Assembly (NCBI GenBank): GCA_002413355.1
Contig: DHWV01000106.1
Span: 1-15,627, forward strand
Direction: 5' to 3'
DNA: 15,627 bases
Source: Desulfobulbaceae bacterium UBA5173
Lineage (GTDB): Bacteria > Desulfobacterota > Desulfobulbia > Desulfobulbales > Desulfobulbaceae
Shown: positions 1-6,565 of the stretch, piece by piece
Layout: each line of letters starts with the position of its first letter
Numbering within the stretch: the first letter of the stretch is position 1
The notes under the pieces: model-generated
What the model was told of the DNA's origin: nothing
Databases searched by the model: none
Seen by the model: only the letters and a program-made list of their open reading frames with translations
Made by a program: the position numbers and the translations under genes

Positions 1-65
1 AGTCACAACTTGGGTTATAGATAGCAACGTCATCAAGGTTCATCCTGACGGAACTGGGACATTAA

Positions 66-365
66 AAAAATGGTCCGCAGCTTGCGGCAATTGGGGCACA
101 GGCCAAGGTGCCGACCGTGCTCAACCGCATCGGCTCGATGATGACCTGCTTCTTCACCGACGCGCCGGTGACAGACTTTGTATCGGCGATGAAATCGAAT
201 ACAGAACACTACGGGCAGCATTTCCGACAAATGCTCGCCAGTGGCATCTGGCTGGCTCCGTCGCAGTTTGAGGCTGCCTTTGTTTCCGCCGCCCATGACC
301 GGCAGCACTTGCAGAAGGCGTTAGATGCAACAGCGGCATCATTGGCAAAGTTGACTGCGGCGTAG
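66..365 (+). pseudogene. hemL: C-terminal fragment of glutamate-1-semialdehyde 2,1-aminomutase (HemL); roughly the 5' three-quarters of the gene is absent
   Basis: Frame-3 translation ...NRIGSMMTCFFTDAPV...GIWLAPSQFEAAFVSAAH... matches the conserved HemL C-terminus (E. coli ...GGMFGIFFTD...GVYLAPSAFEAGFMSVAH...). In-frame stops at 18-20 (TAG) and 63-65 (TAA) close the frame. Sequence 5' of about nt 80 is not HemL-like. Stop TAG at 363-365. Confidence 0.6.
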
Positions 366-373
366 GAAAAGCC

Positions 374-402
374 TTGCGTTTGCCGCACAGCCGTGCTATC
401 TA
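374..402 (+). promoter_or_regulatory. Candidate sigma70-type promoter for the atpZ-atpI-atpB-atpE cluster
   Basis: TTGCGT (374-379), 17-nt spacer, TATCTA (397-402), about 30 nt upstream of the atpZ start. Motif match only. Confidence 0.25.
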
Positions 403-433
403 CATGTTTTATCTAAACAGAAGCGGAGTTGTC

Positions 434-667
434 ATGCCCAAAGAGGAAAAAAGCGTTCTTGCTGACTTGGCCATATACAGCCAAAGCGGCATGACCTTTG
501 CCCTCTCGGTGATGATTGGCTTCGGCTTTGGCTGGTGGTTAGACAACAAGGTCTTTGCGGGCCGCACTGCGCCTTGGCTGATGTTCATCTTTCTCGGCTT
601 CGGCATTGCTGCGGGCTTCAAGCATCTCTGGGACTTGAGCCGCAGAATCGCCAAGAATGACCACTGA
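434..667 (+). CDS. atpZ: AtpZ/AtpI-family small membrane protein (ATP synthase gene-1 type)
   Basis: 77-aa two-TM protein (MPKEEKSVLADLAIYSQSGMTFALSVMIGFGFGWWLD...) directly upstream of atpI-atpB-atpE. GGAG at 425-428 precedes ATG 434, so ATG 434 is preferred over the TTG at 374 in the ORF track. Overlaps atpI by 11 nt. Confidence 0.75.
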   Translation: MPKEEKSVLADLAIYSQSGMTFALSVMIGFGFGWWLDNKVFAGRTAPWLMFIFLGFGIAAGFKHLWDLSRRIAKNDH

Positions 668-1058
668 GTCAGACGATGATTTCGCCCTGCTGCGGGCAGT
701 CGAGCAGTTCAGCCTGCTACTGCTCTCTCTGCTTGCGCTGGGCGGCGGTTATTTGTCGGGCTGGCGTTTCGCCTGCTCGGCATTGATTGGCGGGGCAGTG
801 TCCTTCAGCAGTTTTATCGTGCTGAAAAAGACAGTGTTGAAAATTGTCAGCAGAATCGGCGCACCGCAGCCGACAGCCGGTTTCGCGGTCAAGTTTTATC
901 TACATCTGCTTGCGCTGATCGTGCTGCTTACCGCATTGAGCTTGACGATCAAAATACATCTTCTTGGTCTGTTTGCAGGATTGTCTGTGGTCATGGTCAG
1001 CGTCGTCACTGTTGTCCTTGGCCGGGGCTTGCTAGAATTTTTCGGGAAAGGAGCATAG
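657..1058 (+). CDS. atpI: ATP synthase protein I (AtpI), polytopic membrane protein
   Basis: 133-aa hydrophobic protein with about 4 TM segments, in the conserved position immediately 5' of atpB and translationally overlapped with atpZ. Confidence 0.7.
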   Translation: MTTESDDDFALLRAVEQFSLLLLSLLALGGGYLSGWRFACSALIGGAVSFSSFIVLKKTVLKIVSRIGAPQPTAGFAVKFYLHLLALIVLLTALSLTIKIHLLGLFAGLSVVMVSVVTVVLGRGLLEFFGKGA

Positions 1059-1062
1059 AGAC

Positions 1063-1785
1063 ATGGAACATCCAATACTGTTCATTTCGGTGATTCTGCA
1101 CTGGATTGGTCTGCCGGTGCCGCATGGGCCAATCGGCGCAACGCTGCTGGAAAAGCTCTGCGAGCCGTACCTCACCTACACCTGGCTGCTGATGGCCTTT
1201 CTCTTTGTCGTGCCGAAGCTGACACTGGGCAACTTGGAGCTGGTGCCCGGTACAGGCCAGAATTTCTGGGAAGCGGTGATCGGCGGTCTCATGGATTTTT
1301 TCAGCGAGCACATGGGCAGGAAGCAAGCCCGCATCCTCTTTCCTGTGCTGGCCACCTTCTTCATCTACATTGTGCTGGCCAACATGATCGGCCTGCTGCC
1401 CGGCTTCATGTCGCCAACTTCCAGCATTAACATCACGTTGGCCATGACCCTGATCGTCTGGGTGCTGCATCACATCATCGGCTTCCAGCACCACGGCCTC
1501 AAATACTACAAGCATTTCACCGGGCCGATTGCTCTGATGGCTCCGTTCATGTTCGTGCTGGAGCTGATCGGCAACTTTGCCCGGCTCATTTCGCTCTCCA
1601 TGCGTCTGTTCGGCAACATCCTGGCCAAGGAGATCCTGCTGACCATCCTGTTCATGCTGGCGGGTGCTATTTTTGCGCCGCTGCCCATCCTCTGTCTCGG
1701 TGTGCTGGTCTCTCTGATTCAGGCATTGGTTTTCGTCCTGCTTTCAGTCATCTACTGCGTCGGAGCGATGGAGCACGCCCACTGA
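1063..1785 (+). CDS. atpB: F0F1 ATP synthase subunit a
   Basis: Diagnostic subunit-a motif ...ARLISLSMRLFGNILAKEILL... containing the essential Arg. 240 aa. SD AAAGGAG at 1047-1053. Confidence 0.95.
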   Translation: MEHPILFISVILHWIGLPVPHGPIGATLLEKLCEPYLTYTWLLMAFLFVVPKLTLGNLELVPGTGQNFWEAVIGGLMDFFSEHMGRKQARILFPVLATFFIYIVLANMIGLLPGFMSPTSSINITLAMTLIVWVLHHIIGFQHHGLKYYKHFTGPIALMAPFMFVLELIGNFARLISLSMRLFGNILAKEILLTILFMLAGAIFAPLPILCLGVLVSLIQALVFVLLSVIYCVGAMEHAH

Positions 1786-1854
1786 ACGTTTTTCCCCAGA
1801 TTACCCAAAGGAAGAAGGCCAATTCTTTCATCATTATTTCGGAGGTAGCAACAA

Positions 1855-2118
1855 ATGGACAAGATTTCTCTCGCCTTGGTATGCTTTTCAGCCGCGACAT
1901 CCATCGGCGTGACTGGCTTCGCCGCTGCTCTGAGCATGGGACGCGCCGTTGAGAGCGCGTGCAGCGGCATCGCCCGCAACCCAGAGGCCAAAGGGCCGAT
2001 CACCACCACCATGATCCTCGGCATGGCTCTGATCGAGTCCATCGCCATCTACGGTTTGGTTATCGCCATCATCCTGCTCTTTGCCAACCCGTACAAGGCG
2101 GCACTGATCGGCGGCTGA
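1855..2118 (+). CDS. atpE: F0F1 ATP synthase subunit c
   Basis: 87-aa hairpin proteolipid with ...GIARNPEAKGPITTTMILGMALIESIAIYGLVIAIILLFANP (loop RNP and carboxylate Glu). GGAGG at 1841-1845. Confidence 0.95.
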   Translation: MDKISLALVCFSAATSIGVTGFAAALSMGRAVESACSGIARNPEAKGPITTTMILGMALIESIAIYGLVIAIILLFANPYKAALIGG

Positions 2119-2145
2119 TCCACACAGCGCATTATGTGCAGAAAA

Positions 2146-2185
2146 GGCCGCAGTCGGAGATTTCCGGCTGCGGCCTTTTTGTTTT
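2146..2185. terminator. Bidirectional rho-independent terminator (ends atpE on +; can also end the mini-CRISPR transcript on -)
   Basis: 13-bp GC-rich stem GGCCGCAGTCGGA / TCCGGCTGCGGCC with one G:T pair (2146-2175). It is followed by TTTTTGTTTT on the + strand. On the - strand the same hairpin is followed by TTTTCT (2145->2140). Confidence 0.85.
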
Positions 2186-2190
2186 GGCGT

Positions 2191-2267
2191 GTACGCTTCT
2201 GCCTGTTCGGCAGTTAACATCTCGGCATTAAATATATTTTTCTAAGCTGACCTGTGCGGCAGTATAA
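2191..2267 (-). CRISPR. Mini-CRISPR (CreA/CreR-like): degenerate I-F repeat psiR1, 20-nt spacer, degenerate I-F repeat psiR2
   Basis: Minus strand reads TTATACTGCCGCACAGGTCAG|CTTAGAAA (2267->2239), then AATATATTTAATGCCGAGAT (2238->2219), then GTTAACTGCCGAACAGGCAG|AAGCGTAC (2218->2191). Compared with the canonical I-F repeat GTTCACTGCCGTATAGGCAG|CTAAGAAA: psiR2 keeps 17/20 of the Cas6f hairpin part but only 2/8 of the handle. psiR1 keeps 7/8 of the 8-nt 5'-handle and has a 5-bp stem with one bulged T. This is the complementary decay expected when only one mature crRNA is needed. Confidence 0.55.
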
Positions 2268-2273
2268 AAACAC

Positions 2274-2302
2274 ACTATAGTTATTTTTTCTTTTTTTTGC
2301 AA
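2274..2302 (-). promoter_or_regulatory. Candidate sigma70 promoter driving the mini-CRISPR
   Basis: Minus strand: TTGCAA (2302->2297), 17-nt A-rich spacer, TATAGT (2279->2274). The predicted start near 2267 coincides with the first base of psiR1. Confidence 0.4.
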
Positions 2303-2320
2303 CATTCGGCTTCGTGGAGC

Positions 2321-2348
2321 TTGACAGCGAAAAAATGCCGAGTATATT
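2321..2348 (+). promoter_or_regulatory. Candidate sigma70 promoter of the leader/csy operon, back-to-back with the mini-CRISPR promoter
   Basis: Consensus TTGACA (2321-2326), 16-nt spacer, TATATT (2343-2348). Predicted start about 2355. Confidence 0.45.
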
Positions 2349-2369
2349 GGTAGAGAGCAAGATTTTTTT

Positions 2370-2391
2370 ATTTCTACTTTAAATATATTGG
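2370..2391 (-). promoter_or_regulatory. Predicted Cascade/crRNA binding site (partial protospacer with CC PAM) in the early transcribed region
   Basis: Minus strand 2391->2370 reads CC|AATATATTTAAAGTAGAAAT. The mini-CRISPR spacer is AATATATTTAATGCCGAGAT. Positions 1-11 are identical and 16/20 match overall. Mismatches are at 12, 14, 15 and 18. The 5'-CC PAM is in the position used by type I-F. Confidence 0.5.
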
Positions 2392-2591
2392 ATGGAAACT
2401 ATGAACATCAGCATATCCCTTCATGCGACAACTGCCGAAATTGTGACATTTCTCATCATGTTACCTCTACTTGCAAGGCGGGCTGCTTCGGCACTGATCG
2501 TACTTGGCAGTGAACTTGCGGACACAGGCTATTGGATACGAAGAACCATGACGCAGCAGAACTGTATCTGCTAAGAAGGAGGGGGATTTCT

Positions 2592-3971
2592 ATGGAACAA
2601 GAAAGTCTGTCGGCAAAAATAGCTGGTTATATTTCGGAGCGGGCGAAACCGAAGCTGGAGGAGCTGACGAAAAAGGCGGAGAAGGAGCGCAAAAAGGCTG
2701 CGGACAGCCCGGAAGCCTTAGCCGAGGTAGAAGCGGCATTGGCGGAAGAAGAAATTGCGCTGAAGATCAAATTTGAGCCAGCCGTGTGGCTAACCGACGC
2801 GGCTCGACGGGCTGGGCAGATTCAATTCACAACCCATCCGATCAAATTCACCAATTCGCAGGCGAAGGGCGCAAGTAGCTGCTATGCTGAGTCAGGGCCG
2901 CAGCAGCCAGCGGAGATGCTTGAAGGTTCGCTGATTAGCACGGCTTCGCTGGCAAAACTTGCAATTGATGTGGATGGCAACGCTGCTGCCTTGGATGTGG
3001 CCGCGCTGCTGCAATTGGAGCAGGACGGCAGAATGCTGCTGAAATATATCCAGGCGCAGGATGCGGAACCGCTCCGGCCTTTTGCCAAAAGCGACGAGCA
3101 GCTTGCCGATTGGCTGGAGGGTTTCGGTCAGGCGGTGTCAGTCGCCGCACCGAGTTCTCACAGTCTGGCCAAGCAGCTATATTTTCCGGTCGGCGATGGC
3201 CAGTATCATCTGCTTTCACCGCTTTTTTCCTCGTCCTTGGCGCAGGCAGTGCATGAGCGGATTCATAGCTCCCGCTTTTCCGACAAGGCCAAGGAGGTGC
3301 GCAAAGCCAAGCGGGAGGAGAAATTCCACGAATCGCCGACTGTGGATTACCCCAACACGGCGGTGATGACCTTTGGCGGCACCAAGCCGCAGAATGTCAG
3401 CCAGCTCAACAGCAGGCGCGGCGGCAAGGTCTATCTTCTCTCCTGCGCCCCGCCGGTGTGGGAAAACCGCAATCAGCCGCCACTGGAGGAAACAGTCTTC
3501 AGCCCTCGGCAGTTTAGTTATTATGCCCGCAAAGAGGTCTATGCGCTGCATAGCCATCTAAAAGAGTGCTTGGCTAAATCAAAAAACGTCGCAATCCGAG
3601 ATCGGCGGGCTGAACTGGTTGACAGCATTATAGACAGGTTGACAATGTACGCCGCTGAAATTCAACACAACTTTGAAGCAGGATGGAGCGGCAAGACTGA
3701 ATGCAGACTCATCCACGTTGAACAGCTTTGGCTTGATCCACAGCGAGGCTTAACCGATGCGGAATTCAAGGTGGAGCGGGAGCGAAACGAATGGCAGGAA
3801 GAAATTGCTGCCCGCTTTGCCCGCTGGTTGAACAGGCAGCTGGAGGGAAAGCTGTGGGAGGAAGAAGAGGGAAGAAAGCTGAACGTGGGTGATCCTGGAA
3901 TCAGGGAATGGAAGAGCCTATTGGAAAAGAAGTTGCGGCTGCTTAAAGACGACTTGGAGGCGTTTGCATGA
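2592..3971 (+). CDS. cas8f: Type I-F CRISPR-associated large subunit Cas8f (Csy1)
   Basis: 459 aa. Blocks shared with P. aeruginosa Csy1: WLTDAARRAGQIQF, GNAAALDV, SHSLAKQLYFP, YHLLSPLF, FGGTKPQNVSQLN, VEQLWLDP. Strong SD AAGGAGGGGG (2575-2585) before ATG 2592, so ATG 2592 is preferred over the ORF-track start at 2532. Confidence 0.95.
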   Translation: MEQESLSAKIAGYISERAKPKLEELTKKAEKERKKAADSPEALAEVEAALAEEEIALKIKFEPAVWLTDAARRAGQIQFTTHPIKFTNSQAKGASSCYAESGPQQPAEMLEGSLISTASLAKLAIDVDGNAAALDVAALLQLEQDGRMLLKYIQAQDAEPLRPFAKSDEQLADWLEGFGQAVSVAAPSSHSLAKQLYFPVGDGQYHLLSPLFSSSLAQAVHERIHSSRFSDKAKEVRKAKREEKFHESPTVDYPNTAVMTFGGTKPQNVSQLNSRRGGKVYLLSCAPPVWENRNQPPLEETVFSPRQFSYYARKEVYALHSHLKECLAKSKNVAIRDRRAELVDSIIDRLTMYAAEIQHNFEAGWSGKTECRLIHVEQLWLDPQRGLTDAEFKVERERNEWQEEIAARFARWLNRQLEGKLWEEEEGRKLNVGDPGIREWKSLLEKKLRLLKDDLEAFA

Positions 3972-4921
3972 TTAACGACGAGCAAGGACTGCTGATTCTG
4001 CGGCGCATCAGGGTTGAAAACGCCAATGCCGTGGCTGGGCTGACATGGGGCTTTCCGGCGGTGTCCGCCTTTCTCGGCTTCACTCATGCCCTGTCGCGTA
4101 AACTGCCGCCTGAATTGGGGCTGAAGCTGACCGGTTGTGGCATCGTCTGCCATGAGCATGAGGCGCAGGCGTATCAGCCCAAAAGCTGGAGCGATTATGT
4201 CTTCTCCCTCAGCCGCAACCCGCTGACTAAAACCGGCGAAACCGCTTCCTTCATCGAAGAAGGCCGGATGCGGATGACCGTGTCGCTGCTGATTCCTTTC
4301 ACAGGAAATTTAGACAGTCTGTACGCGGACGAAAAAGAAGCCTTGCCTGAGACCTTCAAGAATCTTGTTCTCAGCCAGCGGCTTGCAGGCGGCACTATAT
4401 TAGACCTCAAAAAACCAGAAAGAAAGATGTTTCCAGAAAACTGGGAGGAACGGCAGAAATTCAATCGCGAACAGCTGCGGCAGCTTCTGCCCGGCTTTGC
4501 CTTAGTGCAGCGGGCTGATCTACTCGCCGAGCATCTCAGCGAATTAAGGAAGGAGACACCGGAGCCCGAGCCGATGGATGCTTGGTTGGATTTTGCCGCC
4601 CTCAAACACAAGGCGGAACAGCCGGAGGAAGGTAAAGAAAAAGCGGAATGGCGATACGTGCCAAAGCCGGGCGGCGGCTGGCTGGTGCCGCTTACGGTGG
4701 GGTATCGGGGCATTTCTGAGCTGCACGAGCCGGGCCGGGTGGCTCGCGTCCGTGATGCGCAAACTCCGTTCCGTTTTGCCGAGGCGGTGTACAGCGTGGG
4801 CGAATGGCTCAGTCCACACCGGGCAGAAAAGCTGGATGATCTGATCTGGCGGTATGAAACTGAGCCGGAAAGCGGCTGGTATCTGTGTCAAAACGGGTAC
4901 AAAGAAGTGTCGAACGATTAA
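3968..4921 (+). CDS. cas5f: Type I-F CRISPR-associated protein Cas5f (Csy2)
   Basis: 317 aa. Csy2-like blocks: ENANAVAGLTWGFP, GCGIVCHEHEAQ, SRNPLTKTGETASFIEEGR, QRLAGGTIL, LLPGFALV, VGEWLSPHR. ATGA overlap with the cas8f stop. Confidence 0.9.
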   Translation: MINDEQGLLILRRIRVENANAVAGLTWGFPAVSAFLGFTHALSRKLPPELGLKLTGCGIVCHEHEAQAYQPKSWSDYVFSLSRNPLTKTGETASFIEEGRMRMTVSLLIPFTGNLDSLYADEKEALPETFKNLVLSQRLAGGTILDLKKPERKMFPENWEERQKFNREQLRQLLPGFALVQRADLLAEHLSELRKETPEPEPMDAWLDFAALKHKAEQPEEGKEKAEWRYVPKPGGGWLVPLTVGYRGISELHEPGRVARVRDAQTPFRFAEAVYSVGEWLSPHRAEKLDDLIWRYETEPESGWYLCQNGYKEVSND

Positions 4922-4957
4922 AGGCAATTCAAAAAACACCTTTTCAGGAGAACAATC

Positions 4958-5983
4958 ATGGCCGTGAAAACAGCATCTGTTTTGGCATTTGAACGCAAGC
5001 TGGCAAATTCTGACGCGCTGCTCCATGCAGGCAAGTGGGAGAATCGGGATAAGAATGAGAGCTGGCAGCCGGTCAGCATTCAGGGAAAATCTGTCCGAGG
5101 CACTATCTCCAACCGGATGAAAATCAAGGTGAAAGAGGGTGAAAAAAAACATGATCCGGCAAAATTGGACGCTGAGATAGATGTTCCCAACCTCCAAACC
5201 GTTGATGTGGCTGCGCTGCCCTTTGACGCAGACACACTGCGGGTCAGCTTCAGCCTGCGGGTGCTGGGCAATCTCTCCCAACCCTCAGCCTGCAACAATC
5301 AGGATTATCAGAATGCCTTGGCCACTGTGATTGACGGCTACGCGCAGGAGCATGGCTTTAGGGAATTGGCTGCCCGTTATGCTGCCAACCTTGCCAATGG
5401 CCGTTTCCTTTGGCGCAACCGGGTTGGGGCTGAAGCAGTGGCAGTGCGGGTGCGGCAGATGCAGGGCGGCAAGGAGACAAGGGTGTGGACATTTGACGGC
5501 CTCGGTTTTGATTTGCGGAATTTTGCCGCGCCGACTGCGGAACTCAAGAGCTTGGCCGAGGTAATCGCCTCTGGATTGTCCGGCAGCACGTTTGTTTTGT
5601 TAGAGGTGGAGGGCTTTGTCCGGCTTGGCGCAGGGCAGGAGGTCTTTCCGTCCCAAGAGCTGATTCTCGACAAAAGTAGTTCCAAGAGCAAAACTCTCTA
5701 CCAAGTAAGCGGCGTGGCGGCCATGCACTCGCAGAAGATCGGCAATGCCCTCCGCACCATTGATACGTGGCATCCTGCTGCGGAGGAAATCGGGCCGATT
5801 GCGGTGGAGCCGTATGGTTCAGTCACCAACCGGGGCAAAGCATACCGTCAACCGGGCGACAAAATGGATTTTTACAGCATCTTTGATGCTTGGATGGTGA
5901 ACAATAAGGTTCCGCCGGTAGAGCAGCAGCATTACGTGATGGCCGTGCTGATCCGGGGCGGCGTGTTTGGAAAAGGGGAATGA
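4958..5983 (+). CDS. cas7f: Type I-F CRISPR-associated backbone protein Cas7f (Csy3)
   Basis: 341 aa, collinear with P. aeruginosa Csy3: [117 protein letters not shown]. Confidence 0.95.
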   Translation: MAVKTASVLAFERKLANSDALLHAGKWENRDKNESWQPVSIQGKSVRGTISNRMKIKVKEGEKKHDPAKLDAEIDVPNLQTVDVAALPFDADTLRVSFSLRVLGNLSQPSACNNQDYQNALATVIDGYAQEHGFRELAARYAANLANGRFLWRNRVGAEAVAVRVRQMQGGKETRVWTFDGLGFDLRNFAAPTAELKSLAEVIASGLSGSTFVLLEVEGFVRLGAGQEVFPSQELILDKSSSKSKTLYQVSGVAAMHSQKIGNALRTIDTWHPAAEEIGPIAVEPYGSVTNRGKAYRQPGDKMDFYSIFDAWMVNNKVPPVEQQHYVMAVLIRGGVFGKGE

Positions 5984-6552
5984 GCATGGATCATTATCTT
6001 GAACTTCGCCTGCGGCAAGACCCGGAGTTTCTCGAAACTGTGCTGATGAACGCTCTCTTTGCCAAACTGCACCGTGCGTTGTGCGAGGCAGGGCAGGGCG
6101 CGATAGGAGTCAGCTTTCCCAATGCGGACAAAAACTTGGGCGATAAACTCCGCCTGCACGGCAGCAAGGAGGCGTTGGAGCGGCTGATGGCCTTGAACTG
6201 GCTGATTGGAATGCGGGATCATCTCAGTATATTCGAGCTGCGTCCCGTGCCTGCGAACTGTCAGCACAGAATAGTGCAGCGGGTGCAGGCCAAAAGCAGC
6301 GCGGAGCGGCTGTATCGGCGTTCCGCGCGCAATGGCCGCTTGAGCGAGAGCGAGGCAGAGAAAAAGACAGCGGCGGCAAAGGAGAAAGAGAAGAAGGCGC
6401 TGCTTAAGCTGCCTTTTGTTCAGCTCAGGAGCGCGTCCACCGGCGAGCAATTCCGGCTCTTCATCAAGCAGGGCGCGCCAATGGACAGGCCGCAGCCGGG
6501 TCGTTTTTCCGATTACGGCCTGAGCAGTACAGCCACGGTGCCGTGGTTCTGA
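5980..6552 (+). CDS. cas6f: Type I-F CRISPR endoribonuclease Cas6f (Csy4)
   Basis: [15 protein letters not shown]..., [33 protein letters not shown] and C-terminal VPWF match P. aeruginosa Csy4 end to end. ATG 5980 overlaps the cas7f stop (ATGA). ATG 5986 (MDHYL) is an equally plausible start. Confidence 0.95.
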   Translation: MSMDHYLELRLRQDPEFLETVLMNALFAKLHRALCEAGQGAIGVSFPNADKNLGDKLRLHGSKEALERLMALNWLIGMRDHLSIFELRPVPANCQHRIVQRVQAKSSAERLYRRSARNGRLSESEAEKKTAAAKEKEKKALLKLPFVQLRSASTGEQFRLFIKQGAPMDRPQPGRFSDYGLSSTATVPWF

Positions 6553-6565
6553 ATGACGAACGCAG

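Noticed and set aside
374-433. TTG start at 374, which would extend atpZ by 20 codons.
   Set aside because: The extension (MRLPHSRAIYMFYLNRSGVV) is not part of AtpZ-like proteins, and ATG 434 has a properly spaced GGAG.
1006-1515. 169-aa minus-strand ORF across atpB. Similarly 1752-2048 and 1888-2220 across atpE.
   Set aside because: They are antisense to unambiguous ATP synthase genes and have no independent support.
2221-2342. 9-nt inverted match: spacer positions 10-18 (AATGCCGAG, minus 2229->2221) equal plus strand 2334-2342, between the -35 and -10 boxes of the cas-side promoter.
   Set aside because: The match has no PAM, is not at the seed end, and a 9-mer inverted repeat within about 400 nt is expected by chance at appreciable frequency. 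It is not counted as a second target.
2341-2350. A second TATATTGG (the -10 box plus GG) offers a CC PAM plus a 6-nt seed match to the spacer.
   Set aside because: Only positions 1-6 pair and position 7 onward diverges. That is too short for stable Cascade binding by itself. It is mentioned only as a possible weak secondary site.
2532-2591. The ORF-track start of the cas8f ORF at 2532 (20 extra codons, MDTKNHDAAELYLLRRRGIS).
   Set aside because: No SD is present there, whereas ATG 2592 has AAGGAGGGGG at ideal spacing and homology to Csy1 begins after it.
4544-5281. 245-aa minus-strand ORF antisense to cas5f/cas7f. The same applies to 3662-4159, 4195-4713 and 5932-6450 on the minus strand.
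   Set aside because: These are shadow ORFs opposite strongly supported cas genes, with low-complexity Arg/Pro/Ser-rich products, no RBS and no recognisable motifs.
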